Shown: one piece after another, positions 28,994 to 39,488 of the stretch | How positions within the stretch are numbered: the stretch's first letter is position 1 | Layout: each line of letters opens with the position of its first letter | NCBI GenBank assembly: GCA_963753975.1 | Contig: CAVWEH010000005.1 | Span: 64,001 to 128,000, forward strand | DNA length: 64,000 nucleotides | Origin: an uncultured delta proteobacterium | GTDB taxonomy: Bacteria; Desulfobacterota; Syntrophia; Syntrophales; Smithellaceae | Direction: 5' to 3' | The notes under the pieces: generated by a model | The model's database searches: none | What the model saw: the letters and a program-made list of their open reading frames with translations, nothing else | What the model was told of the DNA's origin: nothing | Program-made: the position numbers and the translations under genes

Positions 28994-30916
28994 CTATTTT
29001 ACTTCCTCAAAGTCGGCATCTACTACATCATCATCCTTTTTCCCCGACGCCTGCTGCCCACCGCTTTGCTGCTCTGTCCCGGCACCGGCAGTAGGACCAC
29101 CTTGACCACCGGAGGTTTTTGCATACATGGCTTCCGCCAATTTGTGCGAGACATTCATCAAGTCGTCCTGAGCTTTTTTGATGGCTTCAACATTTTCGCC
29201 TTCCAAAGCTTTTTTCGCCTTGCTTATTGCTTCTTCGATTTTTGCTTTTTCGCCCGCATCTACTTTATCGCCAAATTCCTTAATATTTTTTTCCACGCTG
29301 TAAATCATGGAATCGGCCTGATTTCTCGCTTCAATTAATTCCTTGCGACGCTTGTCTTCTTCGGCGTGCTGTTCCGCGTCACGCACTAATTTCTGAATTT
29401 CTGCTTCACTCAAACCGCTGGAAGCGGTGATTTTGATGCTCTGTTCTTTACCGGTACCCAGATCTTTTGCGTTAACATGCACGATACCGTTGGCATCAAT
29501 ATCAAAAGTAACTTCAATTTGAGGTATGCCGCGCGGCGCCGGTGGTATACCCACCAATTCAAAACGCCCCAAAGTTCTGTTATCAGGCGCCATCTGACGT
29601 TCACCCTGAAGCACGTGAATGCTCACCGCCGGCTGATTATCGGCAGCTGTCGAAAAAATCTGGCTTTTCTTGCTGGGAATAGTAGTGTTTTTCTCGATAA
29701 GCCTGGTCATAACCCCGCCCAGAGTCTCTATACCCAGAGAAAGCGGAGTAACATCAAGCAGCAATACATCTTTCACATCACCCGCCAAAACTCCGCCCTG
29801 AATTGCTGCGCCGACAGCCACAACTTCGTCCGGATTCACGCCTTTGTGCGGTTCCTTGCCGAAAATTTCTTTTACCCTCTGTTGAACCCGCGGCATTCTG
29901 GTCATTCCACCAACCAAAATAACTTCGTCAATATCTTTGGTTGATAGATTGGCGTCTTTCAGTGCAGTGCGGCAAGGATCAACTACCTTTTCAATCAATT
30001 CTCCCACTAAAGATTCCAGCTTAGCTCTGGAGAGCTTAATATTCATGTGCTTGGGGCCGGATGCATCGGCGGTAACGAACGGCAGATTGATATCGGTTTC
30101 CATCGTAGTGGAAAGTTCCATCTTCGCCTTTTCCGCCGCTTCTTTGAGCCGTTGCAGCGCCATTTTATCGTTCCTCAAATCAATGCCTTGATCTTTTTTA
30201 AATTCTGCGACCAGAAAATCCATTACGCGCTGGTCGAAATCTTCACCGCCCAAATGCGTATCGCCGTTGGTAGACTTAACCTCAAAGACGCCATCGCCCA
30301 ATTCCAAAATAGATATATCAAAAGTGCCGCCGCCTAAATCAAAGACGGCAATCTTTTCCTCCTTCTTCTTGTCCAAACCATAAGCAAGAGCGGCTGCTGT
30401 AGGTTCATTGATGATACGTAATACATTCAGTCCGGCAATCTTGCCGGCGTCTTTTGTCGCCTGACGTTGTGAATCGTTAAAATATGCCGGAACGGTAATA
30501 ACAGCATCCGTTACTTTTTCTCCCAGATAATCCTCCGCAGTTTGTTTCATCTTCGTCAAAATCATCGCGGATATTTCGGCCGGAGAATAGTTCTTTTTCC
30601 TTATTGTAACTTGGGCATCACCGTTCGAAGCTTCCGTTATCTTGTAAGGAATAATCTTGATATCATACTGAACTTCTTTGGAATTGTATTTTCTACCGAT
30701 AAGCCTTTTGACGGCGTAGACAGTATTTTCCGAATTCGTTATGGCCTGCCTTTTCGCCACCTGCCCTACTAACCTTTCGCCGGTTTCCGTTATGGCAACA
30801 ACGGACGGCGTGGTGCGATTGCCTTCTTGATTGGCGATAACGACAGGGTCTCCCCCTTCCATTATGGCTACGCAAGAATTTGTTGTCCCTAAATCAATTC
30901 CGATAATTTTTGCCAT
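28994..30916 (-). CDS. dnaK: Chaperone DnaK
   Basis: [17 protein letters not shown] and DADFEEV motifs. Confidence 0.99.
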   Translation of the reverse strand: MAKIIGIDLGTTNSCVAIMEGGDPVVIANQEGNRTTPSVVAITETGERLVGQVAKRQAITNSENTVYAVKRLIGRKYNSKEVQYDIKIIPYKITEASNGDAQVTIRKKNYSPAEISAMILTKMKQTAEDYLGEKVTDAVITVPAYFNDSQRQATKDAGKIAGLNVLRIINEPTAAALAYGLDKKKEEKIAVFDLGGGTFDISILELGDGVFEVKSTNGDTHLGGEDFDQRVMDFLVAEFKKDQGIDLRNDKMALQRLKEAAEKAKMELSTTMETDINLPFVTADASGPKHMNIKLSRAKLESLVGELIEKVVDPCRTALKDANLSTKDIDEVILVGGMTRMPRVQQRVKEIFGKEPHKGVNPDEVVAVGAAIQGGVLAGDVKDVLLLDVTPLSLGIETLGGVMTRLIEKNTTIPSKKSQIFSTAADNQPAVSIHVLQGERQMAPDNRTLGRFELVGIPPAPRGIPQIEVTFDIDANGIVHVNAKDLGTGKEQSIKITASSGLSEAEIQKLVRDAEQHAEEDKRRKELIEARNQADSMIYSVEKNIKEFGDKVDAGEKAKIEEAISKAKKALEGENVEAIKKAQDDLMNVSHKLAEAMYAKTSGGQGGPTAGAGTEQQSGGQQASGKKDDDVVDADFEEVK

Positions 30917-30927
30917 TTTTTTCCTCC

Positions 30928-31509
30928 TTATTCTCCATTGTCTGCTATTTTTTCACATGTCTCATTTTCTTTATTTGTCTTTTTACATACACAAACTTTT
31001 GACGGCCTTAAAAGTCTGCCATTGAGCAAATAACCTTTTGCTATTTCATTAACTATTTTATTTTCTTCATGCTCGTCGCTATGAATCTGCATCATTGCTT
31101 CATGAAAGTTGGGGTCGAAATCAGCTCCTGAACTTTCAATTCTCTCCACGCCGTGCTTTTTGAGACAGCACAAAAGCTGTTCCTGAATTAATTTGATACC
31201 ATCCTTAAATGCTTCAACATCGGAGCCGCCGGTATGTTCCATTGCCCTGTCTAAGCTGTCCAAAAAAGGCAAAATATCTCTAATGATCTCTTCGTTGCCA
31301 TACTTGATTGTATCAGCCTTTTCTTTAGCCGCCCTTTTTTTGTAATTATCCAATTCCGCAGTTGCACGCAGGTACTTATCATAATTGGCCGCGGCTTCTT
31401 TTTCCTTATCTTCTAATTTCGCTTTTAGATCATTTATTTCCGAGTGCTCTCCTCCGGCAATAACTTCGTCCGGAGGATGTTTAGCAATGTGTTCTTTTTT
31501 TGTTTTCAC
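30928..31509 (-). CDS. grpE: Nucleotide exchange factor GrpE
   Basis: [18 protein letters not shown] and [11 protein letters not shown] motifs. Confidence 0.96.
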   Translation of the reverse strand: MKTKKEHIAKHPPDEVIAGGEHSEINDLKAKLEDKEKEAAANYDKYLRATAELDNYKKRAAKEKADTIKYGNEEIIRDILPFLDSLDRAMEHTGGSDVEAFKDGIKLIQEQLLCCLKKHGVERIESSGADFDPNFHEAMMQIHSDEHEENKIVNEIAKGYLLNGRLLRPSKVCVCKKTNKENETCEKIADNGE

Positions 31510-31534
31510 CTTAACCTCAAAAATAATTTTCTCA

Positions 31535-32119
31535 TTATTTTAAGTCAGGCTTTTGAAATAATTTCATATCTACCAGTTCACAGATAGCATGACCGGCTGT
31601 AATATGTGTTTCCTGAATGCGCGCCGTACTGGAAGAAGCTACATTAACGGAAAAATCAACAATTTTCGCAATGCTTCCCCCATCTTTGCCGGTAAAAGCA
31701 ACTGTTACCAATCCCATCTTCTTGGCCATTTCCAGGCCTTTCATAACATTGGCGGAATTACCGCTGGTACTGATTCCCCAGGCGACATCCCCCGGTTGTC
31801 CTATCGCCCTGATCTGCTTACTGAATATTTCGGAGAAGTCATAATCATTTCCGATACTCGTAATAACGGATGTATCGGTCGTAAGAGCAATTGCCGGAAG
31901 AGGCGGCCTTTCTATTAAAAAGCGGTTAATAAATTCCGCAGCAATATGTTGTGCATCCGCCGCTGAACCGCCATTGCCAAAAAGTAATATCTTGTTGCCT
32001 GATTTCAGTGCAGCAGTTAACACATCAATTATATTAATCAGTTTACTTAGGTTCTCATTAATAAAAGCTTCTTTGACGCGGCTGCTTTCTTTAAATATTT
32101 TTATTACATGATCCTGCAT
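31535..32119 (-). CDS. gmhA: D-sedoheptulose 7-phosphate isomerase
   Basis: GNGGSAADAQH, ISTSGNS and RIQETH motifs. Confidence 0.95.
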   Translation of the reverse strand: MQDHVIKIFKESSRVKEAFINENLSKLINIIDVLTAALKSGNKILLFGNGGSAADAQHIAAEFINRFLIERPPLPAIALTTDTSVITSIGNDYDFSEIFSKQIRAIGQPGDVAWGISTSGNSANVMKGLEMAKKMGLVTVAFTGKDGGSIAKIVDFSVNVASSSTARIQETHITAGHAICELVDMKLFQKPDLK

Positions 32120-32439
32120 AATTACCTAGCTGAAATCTTTCATTATTACCTAAAGTAAAGCCAAGCTAATATATTTACAGGTATTACTCCTGTCAAGGGT
32201 AGCCAGCTGTAATTTTCTTAGCTTTTTAGGGACATATTTTAATCACGAGCATACTAATATTGACATCAGACGTCTCCGGAATTTGTCCTTAACGCAGTAA
32301 TCCCCAGCCCACCTACGTCACACCGGTAATAGATAACCTTCAGGTTACTAAGGCCGGTGTCCAGTTATTTTGCCGTTGACCAGTGCAAAAAAAGAATTGA
32401 AATAAAGAAATTTGCGAGTATATTTAAGCACATGGTTTT

Positions 32440-32603
32440 CGTGAAACTCCAATTCCGAAAGCGAAGCCCGACGTATGCTAGGCAAAGCGCAACGGAATTG
32501 GTAAGCTGAACGATCCCGCACAGCGGAGGGTAATGAGACTCAAACTTCAAAAGCGAAGCTGATAGAAGTTTGTTAGCCGAATTATCCAGTGTAAGCAGGG
32601 ATA
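32440..32603 (-). repeat. Tandem array of two hairpin units (C 32440-32530, B 32531-32603)
   Basis: Reverse-complement matches to 12781-12849 and 12691-12765. Confidence 0.9.
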
Positions 32604-32715
32604 TCTTACCCGTGATTAAATGCATTATTTCCATTAATGTATTTCTTAAATAGGGCGTTGTTGTCCTTAATTATTACTGACTCTATTTATTTTTATTCGG
32701 CCTGAAGGAGGCAAA

Positions 32716-35112
32716 ATGAATAAGCCTTTAAATTCTGAGAAGAAGGTCATTTTCTTTGCATATAAAGGGCCACAGTCTGGCATGGCGGACAATAATATTG
32801 ATTCGATCAAAAGAGCTATAACGGAATACAATTCGCATCAAGGGGGCTATGTAGCAAAATCATGGGAAGAGTATCGCACAACAACGGCAATTAGTAAGGA
32901 TGTTTTAACTGCCATTGATAAGTGCGACGTTCTGGTTGCGGATTTGACGTATTTTAACCACAATGTACTTTTTGAGTTGGGATATGCAATAGCAAAAGGA
33001 AAGAATATATTAATAGTTCTCAATGAACACTATAAACTAGATGGTTCGGAAACAGCAGGGAAGAAGTATAAAAATTTTACTCTTCGCGGTATTAGATACA
33101 CACCTTTTGTAAATTATAAGAATATTCATGAAGCATTACAAAACAAGCTCTTCGAAGGTGATTTGCTTAATAAGCTTTCTGTAAATGTTAAGAACATAAA
33201 ACCGAGAAGTACCGATATTTTCTATATTGAAAGTAAATTTCCCACTCAGGCTTCTTTAGACCTTTCAAACATAATTCGAGATTTTAAAGATGAAAAGAAA
33301 CTCACATTGATAAGTGATGATTCAACAGAGGTTAGGTATCAACCGTTAAAATGGTATTTGCAAAATCTGCGACAAGCTAAAATGACAATCATCCATTTTC
33401 TTGGAGACAAAGTTGAGAATTCCTTTTTTGAGAATGCACAGAATTCATTTTTTGCTGGACTGGCATGTGGTTGGGGCAGTGAGGTAATATTATTTGCTCC
33501 AGCAAAGTATGACCCGCCGCTTGATTATCATGATATTCTTGTTCAGTATACATCATCCACTGATCTCGTTAGCAATGCTATAGACTGGCTTAGCGCTAAG
33601 TTTAAGGATGTTATACCAAAAATTGATGTAGTTTTGAAAGAACATGAAACCAACTTAATCAAACTTGGTATAGGCTGTGATATTGCAGAAAATGAAAGCC
33701 AGACATTATTAAATTACTTTGTTTACACTGGTTCATATCAAGCTGCGTTAAATTATGAGAAGACTTTATTGGTTGGCAGAAAAGGTAGTGGCAAAACAGC
33801 AATATACATAAAACTTTCAGACGAGTTGCCGTTAGATTTCAAGAATTACGTGGTGAAATTACAACCTGAGTCAGATGAGCTTTTAGATGAAGTAAACTTA
33901 TCACAACTATATGTTTCTTCCAGAAGAAGTTTTTTTTCTGCGGTTTGGCAACTAGTTATTTTCTCTAAATTAGCAAATACTGTAAGTGAAAAACTTAAAA
34001 ACAAATCTCTAAATATAGGCTTTAATGATGCTGAAAAAGCAATAATTGATTTTGTTGACAACAACAAAGATCTCATACGTCTGAATTTTTTCGGTGTTGT
34101 GCGTAATTTGAGTATAAGGGCAAGCGAGAATGCTAAAGCCAATCCAGCGATAATGGAAACATTATTCCGCGAGTATCTGTCTCCATTAAAACGTATTCTA
34201 AATGAATATTTTAACTCAATCGATGAAAAGTTTTATAGAGTAGTTATCCTGGCGGACAATTTAGACAAAACATGGGATCCAAAGAATGACTTAAGTGTTC
34301 AGGTCGAAATGATATTGGCACTATTTGAAATAGAAAATAAGATCAGGCACGAATTAATAAGTGACACAAATTCTAAAATTGAAATCAAGCAAATAGTTTT
34401 TTTGAGGGAAGACATTTTTAATTATATAAAAAAACAATCAATTGAGCCTGATAAACTAACTACAATGTCTCATGAAATTGATTGGGAAAACTATCCATTG
34501 TTGTTAAGAGATTTGGTCGAAAATAGATTTGGGCATATTTTGAATTTAAAAGATAAACAAGAAATTGAAAAAAGAGCATGGCGTGAATTTTTTAATTTCA
34601 AAGAAAAAAAACATCCATATGATTTAATTCTTGAAATTGTTACTAAGCGCCCAAGGGATCTTATTTATTTTGTGGCTAAACTATTTGAATCAGCTATAAA
34701 TAACGACCACAATAAAGTTGACAATGAGGATTTAGAGTACGCCATTATTAATTATACAGAATTTTTGAATGATAATTTAATTGCCGAGACAAGGGCAGAA
34801 TTTCCAGAGATTTCCAATATTCTCGGAAAGCTGCAAAAATATCATGGAGAAAGGTTTGAATATAATCAGTTTACAAAAATACTTGGTGAATTTAAATTAG
34901 ATCATGCTAAACAACGAAAGTTAATCGAAACATTATTCGATAAAGGATATATGTTGGGGTACGATGAAAAGACAAATCAGCCCTTCAGTGACATAGAAGT
35001 ATTAAATGGAAAACTACAAGAAAAAAAATTATTTTTCTTTCCTAATAAAGTGTATCTTATCGCTCATGCAAAGTACTATTTTATTAAGCATAAATCATCT
35101 TCACCTTTTTAA
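32716..35112 (+). CDS. P-loop ATPase (Sll1717-like) with N-terminal nucleoside-deoxyribosyltransferase/TIR-like domain
   Basis: DVLVADLT..NVLFELGYAIA; Walker A GRKGSGKT; Walker B VILADNLD; RPRDL; visibly AT-richer than its neighbours. Confidence 0.75.
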   Translation: MNKPLNSEKKVIFFAYKGPQSGMADNNIDSIKRAITEYNSHQGGYVAKSWEEYRTTTAISKDVLTAIDKCDVLVADLTYFNHNVLFELGYAIAKGKNILIVLNEHYKLDGSETAGKKYKNFTLRGIRYTPFVNYKNIHEALQNKLFEGDLLNKLSVNVKNIKPRSTDIFYIESKFPTQASLDLSNIIRDFKDEKKLTLISDDSTEVRYQPLKWYLQNLRQAKMTIIHFLGDKVENSFFENAQNSFFAGLACGWGSEVILFAPAKYDPPLDYHDILVQYTSSTDLVSNAIDWLSAKFKDVIPKIDVVLKEHETNLIKLGIGCDIAENESQTLLNYFVYTGSYQAALNYEKTLLVGRKGSGKTAIYIKLSDELPLDFKNYVVKLQPESDELLDEVNLSQLYVSSRRSFFSAVWQLVIFSKLANTVSEKLKNKSLNIGFNDAEKAIIDFVDNNKDLIRLNFFGVVRNLSIRASENAKANPAIMETLFREYLSPLKRILNEYFNSIDEKFYRVVILADNLDKTWDPKNDLSVQVEMILALFEIENKIRHELISDTNSKIEIKQIVFLREDIFNYIKKQSIEPDKLTTMSHEIDWENYPLLLRDLVENRFGHILNLKDKQEIEKRAWREFFNFKEKKHPYDLILEIVTKRPRDLIYFVAKLFESAINNDHNKVDNEDLEYAIINYTEFLNDNLIAETRAEFPEISNILGKLQKYHGERFEYNQFTKILGEFKLDHAKQRKLIETLFDKGYMLGYDEKTNQPFSDIEVLNGKLQEKKLFFFPNKVYLIAHAKYYFIKHKSSSPF

Positions 35113-35134
35113 AGGAGAGAAGTAAGGTTTAAAC

Positions 35135-35992
35135 CTAGTTGTAGCCCTCATCATAAGCAATCATATCGAGGTGCAATGTAGCAATGTCTTCAACGTCGAG
35201 GTTTGGCTCTTCGCTTGATTTGGTTAATTCAATAATTTTTATATAACGGCGGCACTTATTGCAGACATCTACCCGGTGGTGTTCCTCTCCTTCCACTTCA
35301 AAATAAGCCAGGGAATGTTGTTCATCGTTGCCGCAAAATGGGCATTTAATCCGGTGAAAATACCATTTAAACCCGCACTGGTGGCAAAACAAATACCGCT
35401 TGCCTTCTTCCTCTTCCCTGATTTCACCTATCTTCGGTTCTTTGCCGCAAATGGGACAGTATCCCTCCGACCAGCCCGACTTGGCTATTATCTCATCGTA
35501 TTTTTCGGCAATATTTTCTAATTCCGGCCTTAAGCTTTCCTCGGTAAAAAGATCGATCAAGTCAAGATTTTCCCGAGCTTCGCTGCCGGATGCTAATCCT
35601 TCGTTTGCAGCTTCGCCTTCTTCATCACTGCGGTCAAAAGAAGCGCGAATCGTTTTTTCCCAATCATATTGTTTATCTTTAATGATGCTTATAATTTTTT
35701 GCGCCTCTTCCGGCATTCTTTTTTCCACTATGGAAATCAAGGAATTAAAATATTGTTTCGGACGCGATAAATCATATTCCTTTCCCGTAATATCAATTAA
35801 GGGAAGGCCTCCTTCCATTTTTTGGGTGATTAAATTTTCTTCGACACTAAAAATGGAATCTTTCATATTCTGGCGGTATTCCTCCCGCAGAATTAAAATA
35901 TCCGCCAATATATCCAAAAGATCAGTATAATCAGGATTCGCGGCTTTGTAATCCTCTATTGTTTTTAAAGACTTTCTCAATGCTACAGCCAT
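35135..35992 (-). CDS. fdhE: Formate dehydrogenase accessory protein FdhE
   Basis: CPICG, CHQC, CPFCG and CNKC motifs; ATLHLD. Confidence 0.9.
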   Translation of the reverse strand: MAVALRKSLKTIEDYKAANPDYTDLLDILADILILREEYRQNMKDSIFSVEENLITQKMEGGLPLIDITGKEYDLSRPKQYFNSLISIVEKRMPEEAQKIISIIKDKQYDWEKTIRASFDRSDEEGEAANEGLASGSEARENLDLIDLFTEESLRPELENIAEKYDEIIAKSGWSEGYCPICGKEPKIGEIREEEEGKRYLFCHQCGFKWYFHRIKCPFCGNDEQHSLAYFEVEGEEHHRVDVCNKCRRYIKIIELTKSSEEPNLDVEDIATLHLDMIAYDEGYN

Positions 35993-36165
35993 TTTTTACT
36001 CCTCCAGACAAACATACTTACGTAAAGTTAAGAGGCCTATATCCGCTTTCCCGGGTATCTTCAAGAAATATTTATTTTGCGGATATTTTGCTGAAATCTT
36101 TGTATTAATAACCTATGGGTAGGAGCCTACTCACCAAGCCATTCTCCATTCTTCAGCTGATAACC

Positions 36166-37603
36166 TTAAAAGAAAATAAAAGTGATGATAATAAACAAAA
36201 CAACTAAAATGGGAATTGAATATTTAAACATGTAGCCGAAAAAGCTGGGCATCTTCACACCTGCTTCTTCGGCGATAGACTTAACCATAAAATTCGGCGC
36301 ATTGCCGATATAGGTATTTGCCCCCATGAAGACTGCTCCCGCGGATATGGCCGCCAGATAAGGAATCTTTTCCACAATCAGGCGGGCAACGGCCTGCGCT
36401 TCCGGTATTCCCGGATAAAACTTGCCGATCGCGCCGTTAAAAAAGGTCAAATATGTGGGAGCATTATCCAAAAAGCTGGAAAGAACTCCCGTAGCCCAAA
36501 AATAATGCGCCGGTGTGTTTATTGATTTTATTAACCAAGCTAACGCTCCGTCTTCGCCTGTTTTCAGAATCGCCAGTGCCGGAATAATAGTTATAAAGAT
36601 ACCGGCAAAGAGATATGCCACTTCCAGAATGGGAGCCCAACTAAACTCGTTGACTTTTCGGACTTCCTGTCGGGTAAAAATGAGGGATAAAATTCCCATG
36701 ACAATTAAAACAGCATCTTTGATCAAATTTTCAATGGATTGATGGATGCCGAAAATATTTACTTCGCCCAGATTTATTGTTCCGCTGAACAAGACGGCAG
36801 CAACGATTCCCGACAGGAATATAAAATTCTGAGCGCCCTCAATTCTTAGCGGTTCAGATTCCGAACTTTCCCGGCCTGTTTTATCTTCTTTTTTATAGTA
36901 GTAAGAATCCAAAATAAAATAAAGCATAAGTAAAACGACACTGGCAAACGCCATTTCCGGCAGAATATGCATAGTCCAAAAAAATGGTACTCCATGCAAG
37001 AAGCCGAGAAACAAGGGCGGATCGCCCAGCGGCGTCAGTGCACCGCCAATATTGCTGACCAGAAAAATAAAAAAAACGATCGTGTGCGCCTTATGCACAC
37101 GCCAGGAATTTGATCGCAAAATCGGCCGGATCAAAAGCATGGAAGCCCCGGTCGTTCCGATGATCGATGCCAGGATAGTGCCGATCAGCAGGATCAACTG
37201 CATTAACAGCAGGCGTTCCTTTCAAAGTGCCTTGGACATAAATGCCGCCCGAGACGGTGAATAAAGCCCACAACAGCAGAATAAAGGGAATATAATCGAT
37301 AATTATAATGTGAGCTATTTCATGAACGGCGACTTCACGGAAAAAATACAAAAAAGGCACGGCGAAGACTAACGCCCAGAAAACGGAGATTTTGGGAAAA
37401 TGATGATCCCAGAAATGAGGCGCAAATAAGGGAAAAAGCGCTATGGAAAGTAAAATACCGGCAAACGGAAGAATAGACCACAATGGAAGAATAGTGCCAA
37501 GAGTATCATTGTTTATATTTGTATTCCCGGAATAGGCAAGACTTATTGCGGGAGTAATCAGCAATATAATAATTACTAATAGAATATGACTAAATCGTTT
37601 CAA
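36166..37603 (-). pseudogene. Putative sodium:proton antiporter / ion-transporter superfamily permease split by one frameshift near 37197
   Basis: N-half ..GTLKGTPAVNA continues in another frame as LILLIGTILASIIGTTGAS..LTPLGDPPLF..FLDNAPTY..YIGNAPNF. Confidence 0.8.
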
Positions 37604-37910
37604 GGCAATCCGTTAATTTATACTCTCTTTTTTTTTAACAAAATAACCTGTTCGCATCATAGCTTTTGCAGGTAAATTGTTTACGAACTTTTGCGCAAAT
37701 TGAAAATCATTCATTGCTAAAAAAACATTTTTAGATTCTCAGCATATTGTATTCAAAATATAATTGAATGTTGTATAAATAACTACAAATAATTAAAAAG
37801 ATTTATATATAAAATCTAATATATAAGTCAACCTTTTATGATTAAATTCGATTTAATAGAAACGCACTGGCTGATAATTTATATAATTCATTTCCAATTA
37901 CTAATAGTTA

Positions 37911-37939
37911 TTGACACCCAACCGCTATGTACTTATACT
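37911..37939 (+). promoter_or_regulatory. sigma70-type promoter
   Basis: TTGACA-N17-TATACT, 30 nt before the ATG at 37970. Confidence 0.7.
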
Positions 37940-37969
37940 TTTTTTGATTAAAGGAAGACATAAACAAAA

Positions 37970-38572
37970 ATGGATTTAAGCGTTTTTTATCATTCTGAAA
38001 TATTTAAGTTAATAGTGATTCCCTTATTGATTTTTCTGGCTCGTATCTGCGATGTTACGCTGGATACAGCCCGCATCATTTATGTGTCCAGAGGTATGAA
38101 ATTTTTAGCCCCTATAATTGGATTCTTCGAAGTTCTTATCTGGCTTTTATCCATCACGCAAATAATGAATAACCTGACCAATGTTGTTTATTACATTGCC
38201 TATGCCGGCGGTTTTGCCATGGGAAACTTTATCGGCATTTACATCGAAGAGAAAATGGCTATCGGCACCGTTATCATTAGAATTATTACCCAAAAAGCAG
38301 CAGCGGATTTGGTGGAATATCTTAAATGCGACGGTTACGGAGTAACCTATATAGACGCATATGGAACTCTCGGGCCGGTAAAGGTGGTTTATACCATTAT
38401 CAAAAGAAGAGATGTAAGTCGTGTCATCGATATAATCAGGAAATTTAATCCAGCGGCTTTTTTTACCATCGAAGATATTCGTTCTGTTCGTGAAGGAGTT
38501 TTTAGAAAAAAGAGGGAGTTGAAAAAATCATCTGTTTTCCGGTTGAAAAAGAAATATAAGCATCACGATTAA
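37970..38572 (+). CDS. DUF2179 / UPF0316 membrane protein
   Basis: IFLARICDV, GFFEVLIW, YAGGFAMGN and GYGVT..F.TIEDIR motifs. Confidence 0.85.
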   Translation: MDLSVFYHSEIFKLIVIPLLIFLARICDVTLDTARIIYVSRGMKFLAPIIGFFEVLIWLLSITQIMNNLTNVVYYIAYAGGFAMGNFIGIYIEEKMAIGTVIIRIITQKAAADLVEYLKCDGYGVTYIDAYGTLGPVKVVYTIIKRRDVSRVIDIIRKFNPAAFFTIEDIRSVREGVFRKKRELKKSSVFRLKKKYKHHD

Positions 38573-38829
38573 TTCCTAAATAATGATTTAACTATTGTTG
38601 CCCCTCCCGGCTTTGAGTTTTCCGTTAATGCGCCGGCAAAAAACACCGGCCGGAATAAATTGTGTTGAAGTTAATGCTGAAAACAAAAAACCCGGGGATC
38701 GCTTAGAGAATCTATTTAGAATTTCCCAAGGCGCGCTATTTCTTCAACCAGTTAAATCAAATTCACCATTTCATTTCGACAAGATGATAGGCCGATATCA
38801 TAAATTTTATGGATCACAATATAGCTTTT

Positions 38830-39240
38830 TTAATTTTCGGGAATTACTAAAACAGGCAACTTAATAGCATCAATAATATTTTCGTCAGCACTATCAAACA
38901 GGTTTGAATATAATTTATTTCTGTGTTTATGCCCGGTTATTATCAAGTCGATATTATTCTTTTCACAATATTTCACAATCTCCTTATCTAAGGGCCCTTT
39001 GGAAACAGCGTATATAATTTTTTGGTTTTCCAATAACTCAGGAGGAACAACTTCTTTTACCCTTAAGGCTACCTCATCCTCATGATCCGCAGGATGGCGA
39101 TAACCGGCTTGCATGTCATTAACGTACAAGATATGTATTTTGCTTTTGAACATTTCAGCAAATTCTAAAGCCTTCACTGCCGAAGAAATATTTTCCGAAT
39201 CCAGATCTATCGGATATAAAATATTTTTAAAACTGAGCAT
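38830..39240 (-). CDS. Universal stress protein
   Basis: FKNILYPID..DLIITG..LPVLVIP. Confidence 0.85.
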   Translation of the reverse strand: MLSFKNILYPIDLDSENISSAVKALEFAEMFKSKIHILYVNDMQAGYRHPADHEDEVALRVKEVVPPELLENQKIIYAVSKGPLDKEIVKYCEKNNIDLIITGHKHRNKLYSNLFDSADENIIDAIKLPVLVIPEN

Positions 39241-39300
39241 AACTACCTCCAAATAATTATCAGAAACAATATGTCATCAACAATTTATGTCAACCTTTAA

Positions 39301-39462
39301 GGCACCATTGGCCCGGTAAAAATAGTTTTTAGTATTATTAAAGGAAAAGATGTCTGCCTTGTACTTGCTATCATTAGAAAATTCAATCCACTTTCTTTTT
39401 TTACCATCGAGGATATTCGTTCTGTCCGGGAGGACGTCTTCCGATCAATAGAAATTAAATGA
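39301..39462 (+). pseudogene. 3' remnant of a second DUF2179 gene
   Basis: Translates GTIGPVKIVFSIIKGKDV..IIRKFNPLSFFTIEDIRSVREDVF, paralogous to the C-terminus of 37970-38572; an in-frame TAA precedes it and there is no ATG start. Confidence 0.85.
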
Positions 39463-39488
39463 ACAGGTCGATTTCCGGCCAGACCTAT

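Noticed and set aside
30917..32250. CIRCE element or hrcA/dnaJ around grpE-dnaK
   Set aside because: No TTAGCACTC-N9-GAGTGCTAA was found and neither gene is in the window.
38595..38829. Possible IS-end remnant or ORF 38595-38864
   Set aside because: No partner inverted repeat or transposase similarity could be identified.
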